Numbered from the stretch's first letter, positions 35,972-45,250 are shown. The stretch: 64,000 nt of DNA from Nitrospira sp. (GCA_035761895.1 DASTQE010000298.1:1110-65109); one strand, 5' to 3'. Notes: generated by a model not told the origin, from the sequence alone. Translations and numbers: made by a program.

Positions 35972-36767
35972 ACCGGCTGGCGCCCACTTGCATTAATTCG
36001 GAGGAGAAGGATGGACGGTGATAGCGTCCGTGATGGTGATTTCGCCTGATCACCGCCAAGTCGCGAAGCATGGCGAGGCCGTCTCTGAGCACGTGCACTT
36101 TCGAGCCTGGCTGGTCTGACCAATTTACGGGGACCTCCGTAATCCGGTATCCACGCTGCTGCGCCAAATAGAGTACTTCAAGATCGAATCCGAACCCATC
36201 GATCGTGCCATAGCCGAACAGTTCTTGCGCGACGATCCGGCGAAAGAGCTTGAAGCCGCATTGGGTATCGGAAATGCCTGTGATGCCGCTTTGTCGAACG
36301 ACCGCGTTGAACACCGTACCAAGCACGCTTCGATAGACACGCGCATGGACGGCGAACCCGGGAAGTCGCGCGGCGAGCGCTCTGGATCCTATGGCCATAT
36401 CCGCCCCTCCGGCCAGGGCCTTTTCGAGACGAGCGAGTTCCTGAATGGGTGTGGCGCCGTCAGCGTCGGCGAACAATTGAAGACAGCCGACAGCCGACTG
36501 CATACCATGGCGCACAGCGGCCCCTTTGCCCCGGCAGGAAGGCAAACGCAGTAACCGCACTGCCGAATGAACCCGAGCCCAGCTAGCGACGACTAATGAC
36601 GTGTCGTCTGTGCTGCCGTCATCGACAACCAGCAGCTCATATGAGCGGCGTTGCCGTTCGCAGTAGGTGGTGATCTGTCGCAGGTAAGGCAGAATGCGAC
36701 CAGCCTCGTTATGGGCTGGAATCACGATCGATAACTCGGGAGAACGGGGGTTGTGCGAACGAGGCAT
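35952..36767 (-). CDS. GT2 polyprenyl-phosphate glycosyltransferase (dolichyl-phosphate beta-glucosyltransferase-like)
   Basis: LSIVIPAHNE, VDDGSTD, GKGAAVRHG, FADADGAT, DTQCGFKLF, FGFDLE, EVPVNW. Confidence 0.9.
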   Translation of the reverse strand: MPRSHNPRSPELSIVIPAHNEAGRILPYLRQITTYCERQRRSYELLVVDDGSTDDTSLVVASWARVHSAVRLLRLPSCRGKGAAVRHGMQSAVGCLQLFADADGATPIQELARLEKALAGGADMAIGSRALAARLPGFAVHARVYRSVLGTVFNAVVRQSGITGISDTQCGFKLFRRIVAQELFGYGTIDGFGFDLEVLYLAQQRGYRITEVPVNWSDQPGSKVHVLRDGLAMLRDLAVIRRNHHHGRYHRPSFSSELMQVGASRFRMPAS

Positions 36768-36944
36768 AGGACCCTGCGATTCCGGGATAGGAGGAGCGCT
36801 GTGAGTCCGTCTCTTAGGTCGTACGGTAGCCGAGCTTGAGGGCAAAATACAAGAGGAAACGTGGACTTGACAGGGCCGGCATACCGGAGCGAACGTATCA
36901 CAGCAGAGCCAACCATGGCGACGTTCGAACAGGGGGGATGGGCA

Positions 36945-37721
36945 ATGCGTGGAATCGTCATGATGACAGGCGGGCTGTTGAGTGCGGTGCTTTTCACCGC
37001 GTGCGCATCAGCCGTTCCGCCGAATCGGCTTGGCGACTATGTTTCCACCGAGCGCCAGGTGAGCCAAGATGTCTTGACGCAGGTTGAACCGCGGCCGCTC
37101 AAGGCCGGCCTCGTCCTCGTGTCCGACACGGCCGAACCTGGGGCGGCACCGAATCTTCCCGACGCGGCGTTGGTCCGCCTCGGTGAAACTTTAACGGAAG
37201 ACATTAGTCGCGCGATTCCCGTGACCATTACCGAGGTGCTGCCAGCGGAGAATATTCGTCCCCAGCTGAATGGAGATTGGGCGCAATTTGCCGAGCTAGG
37301 GCGCCAGCACGGCCTCGATTATCTCGCCGTCGTGGTGCTGTCCAGTACCGAACAGGAATATCCAGTCACCTTGTTTCTCGGGTGGACAGCCCATGCACAG
37401 CCCGGCCTTCGCCGCGACAACTGGTCGCTGCTGGAATTCGCGCTACTGGACTTGAAGAACAAAGTCTCGCTGATACAAGCGGAGGGACGGGGCTGGGCGA
37501 CGTTGGACTGGCCAACGGCCCCTGGAATCAATCAATGGTACCCCGTGGTGTACCTCCGGCCTCAGGATCCGGAGCGAAGAATTTGGCCTCCGACATACGA
37601 GGGAGCGCCGAACACGTTACGGGTGGTGTCATTCGACCAGGCGGCAAAGCGCCTGACGTTGAAACTTCAGAATTCGTACATCGGGCAGCTCCAGGCCATG
37701 GCGGAGAGGCCCGCCTCATAG
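36945..37721 (+). CDS. Hypothetical lipoprotein
   Basis: Lipobox FTAC; alpha/beta periplasmic domain. Confidence 0.7.
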   Translation: MRGIVMMTGGLLSAVLFTACASAVPPNRLGDYVSTERQVSQDVLTQVEPRPLKAGLVLVSDTAEPGAAPNLPDAALVRLGETLTEDISRAIPVTITEVLPAENIRPQLNGDWAQFAELGRQHGLDYLAVVVLSSTEQEYPVTLFLGWTAHAQPGLRRDNWSLLEFALLDLKNKVSLIQAEGRGWATLDWPTAPGINQWYPVVYLRPQDPERRIWPPTYEGAPNTLRVVSFDQAAKRLTLKLQNSYIGQLQAMAERPAS

Positions 37722-37889
37722 CCTGCATCCTCGATCATCGCTGTCGGCGGATCGCCGTCCCATTCGGGTGGCTTGTGCTTCCCGAAGGGGACGATTAGTC
37801 TTTGAAGGCCTTGGAATGGATAGTGTAGAATGCATGGGTTCATACCCATCTCATCAGGATATTGAATAACCTTCCGGAGGATTACGGTC

Positions 37890-39419
37890 ATGGCTACGTG
37901 GCGTGAGAACGGTGGTGCTCTTGGCTTCGCGAGTTGTGTGTGTGTCTTTGCTCTTGCCTGTACCCTGAGCCCGCTCGCAGGCGATCCCGCAGCGACGGCT
38001 GCGGGGGTTCCCCCTTCAATGGCGCAGGGCTTTGCTGAGATTGTGAAAAAAGTGACGCCTGCGGTGGTCAACATCGCCGTGACCGGCGGAAGCGAAGGTG
38101 GCCGAGGGAGGCGACCGCTGCCTCCGGGCCCATTCGGCGGGCCTCCTGGCGGGCCTCCTGGAGGACCGCCCGGTGAAGAGCCAGGCGGCGAACTGCCGAC
38201 ACCTCCACCGATGCCTCCGGGTCCGCATGGACGGCCTGATCAAAGCGCCGGGTCAGGTGTCATTCTCGATCCCAACGGCTATATCGTCACGAACAACCAC
38301 GTTGTGGAAGGCGCGACACAGATCACGGTGACGTTGAGTGACCGGCGGGAATTTCCCGCCAAAATCGTCGGCACGGATCCCAAGACGGATCTCGCCGTCG
38401 TGAAAATCGAGGCCAAGGATCTTCCCTCGGTCAAATGGGCCGAATATGAAAAGCTGCAGGTGGGAGATCTGGTGTTGGCCATCGGCAGCCCATTCGGCCT
38501 GAGTTCGACAGTGACCTTGGGCATCATCAGTGCCCTCGGCCGAGGCAATGTCGGAATCGCGGATTACGAGGATTTCATCCAAACTGATGCCGCGATCAAC
38601 CCCGGCAACTCCGGCGGAGCGCTGGTGAATATGAACGGCGACCTGATCGGGATCAACACGGCGATTTTCTCGAGAACGGGCGGTTCAGAAGGCATCGGAT
38701 TTGCCATCCCGAGCAGCATCGCGTTGGACATCGTCGACAGTCTGCAGAAGACCGGCAAGGTCGTGCGTGGCTGGATGGGAGTGGCCATCCAGGAAATCAC
38801 GCCGGCACTCGCCAAGTCCTTCAAATTGCCGGAACAGCGGAAAGGGGTCCTGATCAGCGATGTCAATGAAAACGGCCCCTCGCATGCCGCCGGCGTCAAG
38901 CGGGGCGACGTCGTGGTGGCCTTCAACGGGAAGGAGGTCCAAAGCGTCAGCCAGTTGCGCAATCTGGTGGCGCGCACAGTCGTCGGCAAGGACGCGCAGA
39001 TCAAAATTCTCCGCGAGGGGAAGGAGCAGACGCTCTCCGTGCGGGTGGCCGAGCGGCCGTCCGATGAAATCTTGGCAAAAAAGGAGGCTGCACCGCCGAA
39101 GGAGCAGGGGGAGACGATTAAGCCGCCTGACAACGTGCTGGCATCGCTGAAGGTCCAGGCGTTGGACAATGCGACGATGAGCCAGCTCAATATTCCGGCG
39201 AAAACCGCCGGCGTCGTCGTCTCAGCCGTTGAACCGGGCGGGCCGGCGGAAGCCGCCGGCATTCAGCGGGGTGACGTCATTCAGGAAGTCAACCACGAAG
39301 TGGTCAAGAACCTGGACGAATATCAAAAGGCGGCGCACAAGATCAAGAAAGAGGAACTGGCCGTTCTGCTGCTCAGCCGGCAAGGGAACAACCTCTTCGT
39401 GGCGGTCAATCCGAAGTAA
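37890..39419 (+). CDS. degP: DegP/DegQ (HtrA, Do family) serine protease with two PDZ domains
   Basis: GGAGG RBS; GSGVI...TNNHVV, D in TDPKTDLAV, FIQTDAAINPGNSGG; two PDZ. Confidence 0.93.
   Translation: MATWRENGGALGFASCVCVFALACTLSPLAGDPAATAAGVPPSMAQGFAEIVKKVTPAVVNIAVTGGSEGGRGRRPLPPGPFGGPPGGPPGGPPGEEPGGELPTPPPMPPGPHGRPDQSAGSGVILDPNGYIVTNNHVVEGATQITVTLSDRREFPAKIVGTDPKTDLAVVKIEAKDLPSVKWAEYEKLQVGDLVLAIGSPFGLSSTVTLGIISALGRGNVGIADYEDFIQTDAAINPGNSGGALVNMNGDLIGINTAIFSRTGGSEGIGFAIPSSIALDIVDSLQKTGKVVRGWMGVAIQEITPALAKSFKLPEQRKGVLISDVNENGPSHAAGVKRGDVVVAFNGKEVQSVSQLRNLVARTVVGKDAQIKILREGKEQTLSVRVAERPSDEILAKKEAAPPKEQGETIKPPDNVLASLKVQALDNATMSQLNIPAKTAGVVVSAVEPGGPAEAAGIQRGDVIQEVNHEVVKNLDEYQKAAHKIKKEELAVLLLSRQGNNLFVAVNPK
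38136..38174 (+). repeat. 12-nt tandem repeat encoding (GGPP)x3 inside degP
   Basis: GGCGGGCCTCCT twice exactly plus a degenerate third unit. Confidence 0.8.
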
Positions 39420-39428
39420 CCGAGGAAG

Positions 39429-39457
39429 GCGGCGCGCGGGTCATGCCCGCGCGTCGC
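39429..39457 (+). other. GC-rich hairpin between degP and tatC
   Basis: 12-bp stem (one G-U), loop TCATG; no U-tract. Confidence 0.55.
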
Positions 39458-39475
39458 GACTCTGCTGGGGGCGCA

Positions 39476-40411
39476 GTGCTGAACGATTTCAACCGGTGGC
39501 TGCAAGATTCCGTCTTCAAGCCGCTGGAAGACAAGAAAATGCCGGTCATGGAGCATCTGGTCGAGCTCCAGGTCCGGCTCACACGGGCGGTGATCGCAAC
39601 GGCGGTCGTCTTCGTCGGCACTTTTTTTTACGCCGACACCCTCGTGAAGTGGCTGCGCATCCCCCTTCAGAATATGTTCGTGCCCGGTTCGCTCTCGTGG
39701 GTCCCGACCGATCTTCCGACAGTGCCATTTGTCTTCCTCGCGCCGGCAGAAGCCCTCTGGCAAAACGTCAAAGTCGCCGGCCTGTTCGCCCTTGTGCTCG
39801 CGACGCCGTACATCCTCCTGGAGATCTGGCAGTTCGTCGTGCCGGGCCTTCACGCGCAGGAGCGCCGATTCGTCGGGCCCTTCGTGGTGTTGAGCACGCT
39901 CGCGTTCTACGCCGGTGTCGGATTTTCTTTCTTCTTTGTGCTGCCCTTTGCGCTGAATTTTCTTGTGTCCTATGGGGTGAGCGCCGGTTTCATTCCCCAG
40001 CTGTCAATCGCGCAGTATGTTGGGTTTGCCCTCTGGTTTCTGATGGTCTTTGGATTGATCTTCGAAGTGCCGTTGGCCATTACGTTGATGGCCAAGCTGG
40101 GCTGGGTCGATGCGCCTTTCCTGAAGCGCTATCGGAAATGGGCCTTACTGGGCGCCTTTATTGTTGCCGCCGTTCTGACCCCCACCCCGGATCCCTTCAA
40201 TCAGTGTCTGATGGCGCTGCCGATGTACATTTTTTATGAGGTCGGCATCGTCAGCGCAGGGTTTTTCAACAGAAAGCCGGCGCCGGTCGCAGAACCGGGC
40301 GGTTCTCTGGCCCCCGTCGGTCCGAAAGTGATGGCGCCGGCGCCGGCCATGTCAGGTGCGGGCGACGGCGAGTACCTCGGCGTACCGACCGGCCCAAGCA
40401 GGCGGCGATAG
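39476..40411 (+). CDS. tatC: Twin-arginine translocase subunit TatC (start GTG 39476 or ATG 39443)
   Basis: MPVMEHLVEL..RL, PGL..QERRF, FEVPL, AAVLTPTPDP. Confidence 0.92.
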   Translation: MLNDFNRWLQDSVFKPLEDKKMPVMEHLVELQVRLTRAVIATAVVFVGTFFYADTLVKWLRIPLQNMFVPGSLSWVPTDLPTVPFVFLAPAEALWQNVKVAGLFALVLATPYILLEIWQFVVPGLHAQERRFVGPFVVLSTLAFYAGVGFSFFFVLPFALNFLVSYGVSAGFIPQLSIAQYVGFALWFLMVFGLIFEVPLAITLMAKLGWVDAPFLKRYRKWALLGAFIVAAVLTPTPDPFNQCLMALPMYIFYEVGIVSAGFFNRKPAPVAEPGGSLAPVGPKVMAPAPAMSGAGDGEYLGVPTGPSRRR

Positions 40412-40458
40412 CCCCGGGGAAAGGGTCACAGGTTCAACGCTAGAAAGGGTCGTGAACA

Positions 40459-41409
40459 ATGCCTCGCGAACTCAATGTCATTTCCACACCGACGTCCGGG
40501 GGCAGCGATGCCTGCACCTACATGTGGGCCTGCGCGATTTGCGACGAAAACGAATCGTGTCAGAAGGATAAGGAAGGGCATAGCCGCTGGCTGGTCGCCA
40601 AGCGGATGGAGCGGATTGAGTATAAAGTCCTGATCATGAGCAACAAGGGCGGGGTGGGAAAGAGCACCTGCACGACCAATCTCGCCGTGAGTCTGGCGCT
40701 CAAGGGATGGCATGTCGGCATCTGCGACATGGACATCCACGGGCCCAACATTCCCAAGATGGTCGGCGCTGAGGGACAAAAGCTCAAGATCAGCACGTCC
40801 GGGGGCATCATTCCGTTCCAAGCCTACAATCTCAAGATCGCCTCCATGTCCTTTCTATTGCAGAACCCCGACGATCCCATCATTTGGCGAGATGCCTACA
40901 AGTACGAGTTCATCAACCAGTTGTTGGGAGGGGTGGAATGGCAGGACCTCAACTTCTTGTTGATCGATTTGCCTCCCGGGACGGGCAACGAATCGGTGAC
41001 GACCATCGACTTGCTGGGCAATGTGAGCGGCGCCGTCATTATCACGACTCCGCAAGAGGTGGCCCTTCTGGATTCGCGTAAATCGGTCACGTTCTGCAAG
41101 GACAGCGAAGTGCCGATCATCGGCATCGTCGAGAACATGAGCGGTCTGGAATGTCCCCATTGTCATCAACAGATCGAGGTGTTTCGCAAGGGCGGGGGGG
41201 AAGCCTCGGCGCAGGACATGGGCGTGCCCTTTTTGGGGCGGATTCCGCTCGATCCGGACGTGGTCACTCAATCGGATGCCGGCGAGCCGTTTGCGATGTT
41301 TTATTCCGACACGCCCACGGCTGAGGCCTATCATGAGATCGCCAACAAGGTCGAAGCCTTCTGCAAGAAGAGCGGGTCATTGGTGAATGTCGCTCCACGG
41401 CGGCATTAA
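40459..41409 (+). CDS. mrp: Mrp/NBP35 (ApbC) Fe-S cluster carrier ATPase
   Basis: SNKGGVGKST, DMDIHGPNIPKM, IDLPPGTG, TTPQEVA, ENMSGLECPHC. Confidence 0.92.
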   Translation: MPRELNVISTPTSGGSDACTYMWACAICDENESCQKDKEGHSRWLVAKRMERIEYKVLIMSNKGGVGKSTCTTNLAVSLALKGWHVGICDMDIHGPNIPKMVGAEGQKLKISTSGGIIPFQAYNLKIASMSFLLQNPDDPIIWRDAYKYEFINQLLGGVEWQDLNFLLIDLPPGTGNESVTTIDLLGNVSGAVIITTPQEVALLDSRKSVTFCKDSEVPIIGIVENMSGLECPHCHQQIEVFRKGGGEASAQDMGVPFLGRIPLDPDVVTQSDAGEPFAMFYSDTPTAEAYHEIANKVEAFCKKSGSLVNVAPRRH

Positions 41410-41444
41410 ATGAAAACCGGGTTGTTTAACAGCCTAGTGGAACG

Positions 41445-42743
41445 ATGAAAGCCAAAGATGCCATGGCCGGCCTCACGCCACTCGACGAGGCGCAAAAAAT
41501 CGTCTTGGAAGCGACCCCCGTCCTGGGATTGGAAAAAATCCCACTGCTGGATGCGTTAGGACGGGTGTTGGGCGAGGACATCATCGTCGAACGGGACAAT
41601 CCGCCGTGGGACAACAGCGCCATGGATGGATTTGCGGTGCGCTGGGAGGACATCAAGCAGGAACACGCGATCCAAAAGCCCGTTACATTGACGGTCATTG
41701 AGGACGTGCCGGCCGGCAAGATGCCGACCAAGACGGTGGGCCCCGGTCAGGCGATCCGGATCATGACCGGTGCGCCGATCCCCAAAGGCGCGGACACCGT
41801 GCTGAAAGTGGAAGATACGGAGCATCAGCCCGATTCCGTGCGCGTCTTCAAGCCGGAACAAAAGGGCGCGAACATCCGTCCCCAGGGCGAGGATGTTAAG
41901 AAGGGCGAGCGGATCATTGCGAGGGGCACACGTATCCGACCCGGTGAAGCCGGAATGCTGGCGATTCTCGCCAAGTCCTTTGTCTTCGCCTATCAACGTC
42001 CCCGGGTGGCAATCCTCTCGACGGGCGACGAGCTGGCCGACTTGGATGAGCGTTTCAGCGAGGAAAAGATCATCAACTCCAACAGCTACGGCCTTGCGGC
42101 CGCCGTGCAGGATGCGGGCGGCATTCCATTTTTGCTCGGCATCGCCAAGGATACGCCCGCCGCGCTAAAGGAAAAAATCTCGCACGGCCTGACTGCCGAC
42201 ATTGTGGTGTTGTCAGGCGGCGTGTCGATGGGCGATTACGATTTTACGAAAGCAGTGTTTCGCGACCTCGGCGCCGAGATGAATTTTTGGAAGCTGGCCA
42301 TCAAACCGGGCCAGCCGCTGGCCTTCGGGAAAATCCAAGGCAAGCTCGCCTTCGGACTGCCAGGAAATCCCGTCTCTTCCATGGTGACCTTCGAGCAACT
42401 GGTGCGTCCCGCGATGCTGAAAATGAGCGGGCATCGGAGCTACGGCCGGCCGGTCGTGCAGGCGGTATTCCAGGAAAAGTTCTCCAAACGGCCCGATCGC
42501 CGGCACTTTCTTCGCGGCGTGCTGACCCCGGAGGACGGCGTCTTCAAGGTGAGAACGACCGGTGATCAAGGATCTGGGATTCTGACCTCCATGGTGAAGG
42601 CCAACTGCCTGATCGACGTGCCGACCGAAGTTGAACGTCTCAATCCCGGAGATCTGGTGTCCGTGCAATTGCTGAGCGGAGAAGCCTGGACAAATCAGTC
42701 CGAATCGAGTCAGACCGGTCCACACCGGCTGTCTTGCTGTTGA
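41445..42743 (+). CDS. moeA: Molybdopterin molybdenumtransferase
   Basis: DNSAMDGFAV, IMTGAPIP.GAD, STGDEL, SGGVSMGDYD, KPGQP, GLPGNPVSS. Confidence 0.95.
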   Translation: MKAKDAMAGLTPLDEAQKIVLEATPVLGLEKIPLLDALGRVLGEDIIVERDNPPWDNSAMDGFAVRWEDIKQEHAIQKPVTLTVIEDVPAGKMPTKTVGPGQAIRIMTGAPIPKGADTVLKVEDTEHQPDSVRVFKPEQKGANIRPQGEDVKKGERIIARGTRIRPGEAGMLAILAKSFVFAYQRPRVAILSTGDELADLDERFSEEKIINSNSYGLAAAVQDAGGIPFLLGIAKDTPAALKEKISHGLTADIVVLSGGVSMGDYDFTKAVFRDLGAEMNFWKLAIKPGQPLAFGKIQGKLAFGLPGNPVSSMVTFEQLVRPAMLKMSGHRSYGRPVVQAVFQEKFSKRPDRRHFLRGVLTPEDGVFKVRTTGDQGSGILTSMVKANCLIDVPTEVERLNPGDLVSVQLLSGEAWTNQSESSQTGPHRLSCC

Positions 42744-42831
42744 GAAAGGAGTCACTGGTCAATGGTCATTGGTCACTGGAGTAGAGAACAGCGCTCCATC
42801 GCCAGACGATTGATCATTGACCGTTGACGGC

Positions 42832-43356
42832 ATGCCGGTCCCCATCGTTTGCTTCGTCGGAAAATCGAACAGCGGCAAGACGACGTTCATTGAACGAGTC
42901 ATTCCGGAACTTGTCAGAGGCGGATACAAAATCGCCACGGTCAAGCATGCGGGGCATGGCTTTGATCTCGATACGGAAGGCAAGGACAGTTGGCGCCATA
43001 AACAAGCCGGCGCGAGTAGCGTGGTGATTCTCTCGAAGGGCAGCATGGCCATGTTCGCCGACGTGTCGGATCAGCTGAAGGTCGAAGACATCCGTGACCG
43101 CTATCTGGACGGCTCTTATGACTTGATCATCGCAGAGGGCTGGAAGCACGAAGGTTATCCCAAAATCGTCATCATTCGTGAGCAGATCGGGGAGATTCCG
43201 ATATCTCCGGACGGCTTATTGGCGGTCGTGTCAGACAAACCGATCGACTTGCACGTCCCCCGGTTCGATTTGAATGACGTCCAGGCAGTGGCGGCGCTGA
43301 TCATGAAGCATTTCCCTCTGCGACGTGCGCGCGCGGAGCATGAACTGGACGTCTAG
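42832..43356 (+). CDS. mobB: Molybdopterin-guanine dinucleotide biosynthesis protein B
   Basis: VGKSNSGKTT, VKHAGH.FD.D.EGKDSWRH, DLIIAEGWK. Confidence 0.93.
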   Translation: MPVPIVCFVGKSNSGKTTFIERVIPELVRGGYKIATVKHAGHGFDLDTEGKDSWRHKQAGASSVVILSKGSMAMFADVSDQLKVEDIRDRYLDGSYDLIIAEGWKHEGYPKIVIIREQIGEIPISPDGLLAVVSDKPIDLHVPRFDLNDVQAVAALIMKHFPLRRARAEHELDV

Positions 43357-44047
43357 AACCACCATTATCCTGGTTCTAGCCGCCGGAGCCCTGGCGCTCG
43401 GTGCCGTCGCCGTTCCCTTGACCAACCATCCGAAATTCTGCGCCAGTTGCCACACGATCAAGCCATCACACGACAGTTGGGTCACATCCTCTCACAAAGA
43501 GGTGACGTGTGTGACCTGCCATGTGAGGCCGGGAGTGGCTGGATGGATCCATGACAAGGCCTGGGCCGGAACAAAAGACGTGGCTATCTATTTCTTTGGT
43601 ACACCGACGGAGCCGCATAATCTTAGAGCCAGGGTCGACTCTAATGTCTGTCTCAGTTGTCATCAGCACATTCTTCGCACGTCGGAAGTGGCGCCCAGGG
43701 ATCTTCCTGCGCCGGTCAAGGACGTTGGTCTTGTGATGAGCCATCGAAAACACATGGAGGCCTTCGGCGTCCGCAATCAAGGTGAGGGGTGTACGACGTG
43801 CCATGCGGGGGTCGTGCACGATCGGCCGATCAAGGGTTATCCCGTGGTCATCCCTCGCGGGCACGTGTCCACCGATACCAAACCCTGGAATCCGGATTAT
43901 CCTGAGGGGTCGTATCTTCGAACCCGGGCCCTTGCGGATTGCTTTCGTTGCCACGACGGCAAGGCTGAACATCAAGGCAACGTGCTGGATCGCAAGTGCG
44001 AGACCTGTCACCTGCCGGAAAAAATCAAGGATTTCTTGTCATTCTAA
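43340..44047 (+). CDS. Membrane-anchored hexaheme cytochrome c with NapC/NirT/NrfH-type N-terminal domain
   Basis: One N-terminal TM; six CxxCH (CASCH, CVTCH, CLSCH, CTTCH, CFRCH, CETCH). Confidence 0.88.
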   Translation: MNWTSRTTIILVLAAGALALGAVAVPLTNHPKFCASCHTIKPSHDSWVTSSHKEVTCVTCHVRPGVAGWIHDKAWAGTKDVAIYFFGTPTEPHNLRARVDSNVCLSCHQHILRTSEVAPRDLPAPVKDVGLVMSHRKHMEAFGVRNQGEGCTTCHAGVVHDRPIKGYPVVIPRGHVSTDTKPWNPDYPEGSYLRTRALADCFRCHDGKAEHQGNVLDRKCETCHLPEKIKDFLSF

Positions 44048-44078
44048 ACACACTGAACACACCACGCCGATCCCGGCC

Positions 44079-44810
44079 ATGACGACACCAATCCTCCAAG
44101 CCAGTCACTTGCAAAAACGGTTCGGCGACTTCACCGCCGTTGATGACATCTCCTTTTCCATCCGTCCGGGCGAGATCCTCGGCTTGCTGGGGCCGAACGG
44201 AGCGGGAAAGACCACGACGATTCACATGTTGTTGGGCCTCATCACGCCGACGGCCGGCTCTGTCCACGTCTTCGGGATGGATCTGGCCACCCATCGCGAG
44301 CAGATTCTTCAGCAGGTGAATTTCTCCTCGACCTATATTTCGATGCCGCTCGCGCTCACCGTGGAAGAGAATCTGTGGGTGGTCGCCCGATTGTATGGCC
44401 TCTCTGACATCAAGCGGCGCGTTGACGAGATCGTCAAGAAGCTCGAAATGGAGGATTTCCGTCAGAAGATCACGCGAAAGCTGTCCTCCGGGCAGATGAC
44501 AAGGTTGACGCTGGCGAAGGCCTTTCTCACCGAGCCGAAAATCCTGTTCCTGGATGAGCCGACGGCCAGCCTCGACCCGGACATCGCCCATAAAATCCGC
44601 GCCCTCTTGAAAGAGGAGCGGCGCTCGGCGGGCCTCAGCATTCTCTACACTTCGCATAACATGCGCGAAATGGAAGAGATGTCGGATCGCATCATCTTTC
44701 TCCAGCGAGGAAAGATCGTGGCCGAAGGAACGGCACAGGAAATCGTTTCGCGGTTCGGCCAGGCGGATCTTGAAGAGGTCTTTCTTAAAATCGCGCGCGA
44801 GTCTCGCTAG
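44079..44810 (+). CDS. ABC transporter ATP-binding subunit (ABC-2 exporter type)
   Basis: GPNGAGKTT, LSSGQ, FLDEPT, SH switch. Confidence 0.93.
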   Translation: MTTPILQASHLQKRFGDFTAVDDISFSIRPGEILGLLGPNGAGKTTTIHMLLGLITPTAGSVHVFGMDLATHREQILQQVNFSSTYISMPLALTVEENLWVVARLYGLSDIKRRVDEIVKKLEMEDFRQKITRKLSSGQMTRLTLAKAFLTEPKILFLDEPTASLDPDIAHKIRALLKEERRSAGLSILYTSHNMREMEEMSDRIIFLQRGKIVAEGTAQEIVSRFGQADLEEVFLKIARESR

Positions 44811-44830
44811 AATTCCTAAGCGGAAAGGGT

Positions 44831-45250
44831 ATGCCACACACCGTCATTGATTTTGGCATGGGCACGATCATCGGGGGGTTGGCGCTCAGCGCGTGCTGGG
44901 GCTGGCTGTGGTTCACCATCGGCACGGTTGGCCTTGCGCGCGGTGTCTGCAGCGTCCGCGTGGTGATCAATAGTTTGGCGGTGGGTCTCAGCCCTCTCTT
45001 GCTCGGATGGGGCATCTGGTGGATGAGGGCTGAAGTCTTCGTGCCCAACACCGCCTTTGTCGCAGGACTGTTCGTCATGCCGCTGGCATTGGTCGGACTC
45101 GGCCTGCGCAAGGCCCCCGACGGACGTCGTGCGGGCCTCCACATGGCCGAAGGCATACGACACCTCAGGGACGAGTTGCTGGGGCTGCATCATGACTGTG
45201 GGGGGTGCGGGCATGATCATGGCACGGGCACCACGGGAGGGCCCACGTGA
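44831..45250 (+). CDS. Small membrane protein (about 3 TM) with C-terminal HHDCGGCGHDH motif
   Basis: GGAAAGGG upstream; hydrophobic segments; stop overlaps permease start (GTGA). Confidence 0.7.
   Translation: MPHTVIDFGMGTIIGGLALSACWGWLWFTIGTVGLARGVCSVRVVINSLAVGLSPLLLGWGIWWMRAEVFVPNTAFVAGLFVMPLALVGLGLRKAPDGRRAGLHMAEGIRHLRDELLGLHHDCGGCGHDHGTGTTGGPT

Noticed and set aside
38136-38174. degP tandem repeat as a phase-variation tract
   Set aside because: The unit is 12 nt (in frame) with only two exact copies, so slippage would change linker length, not switch expression.
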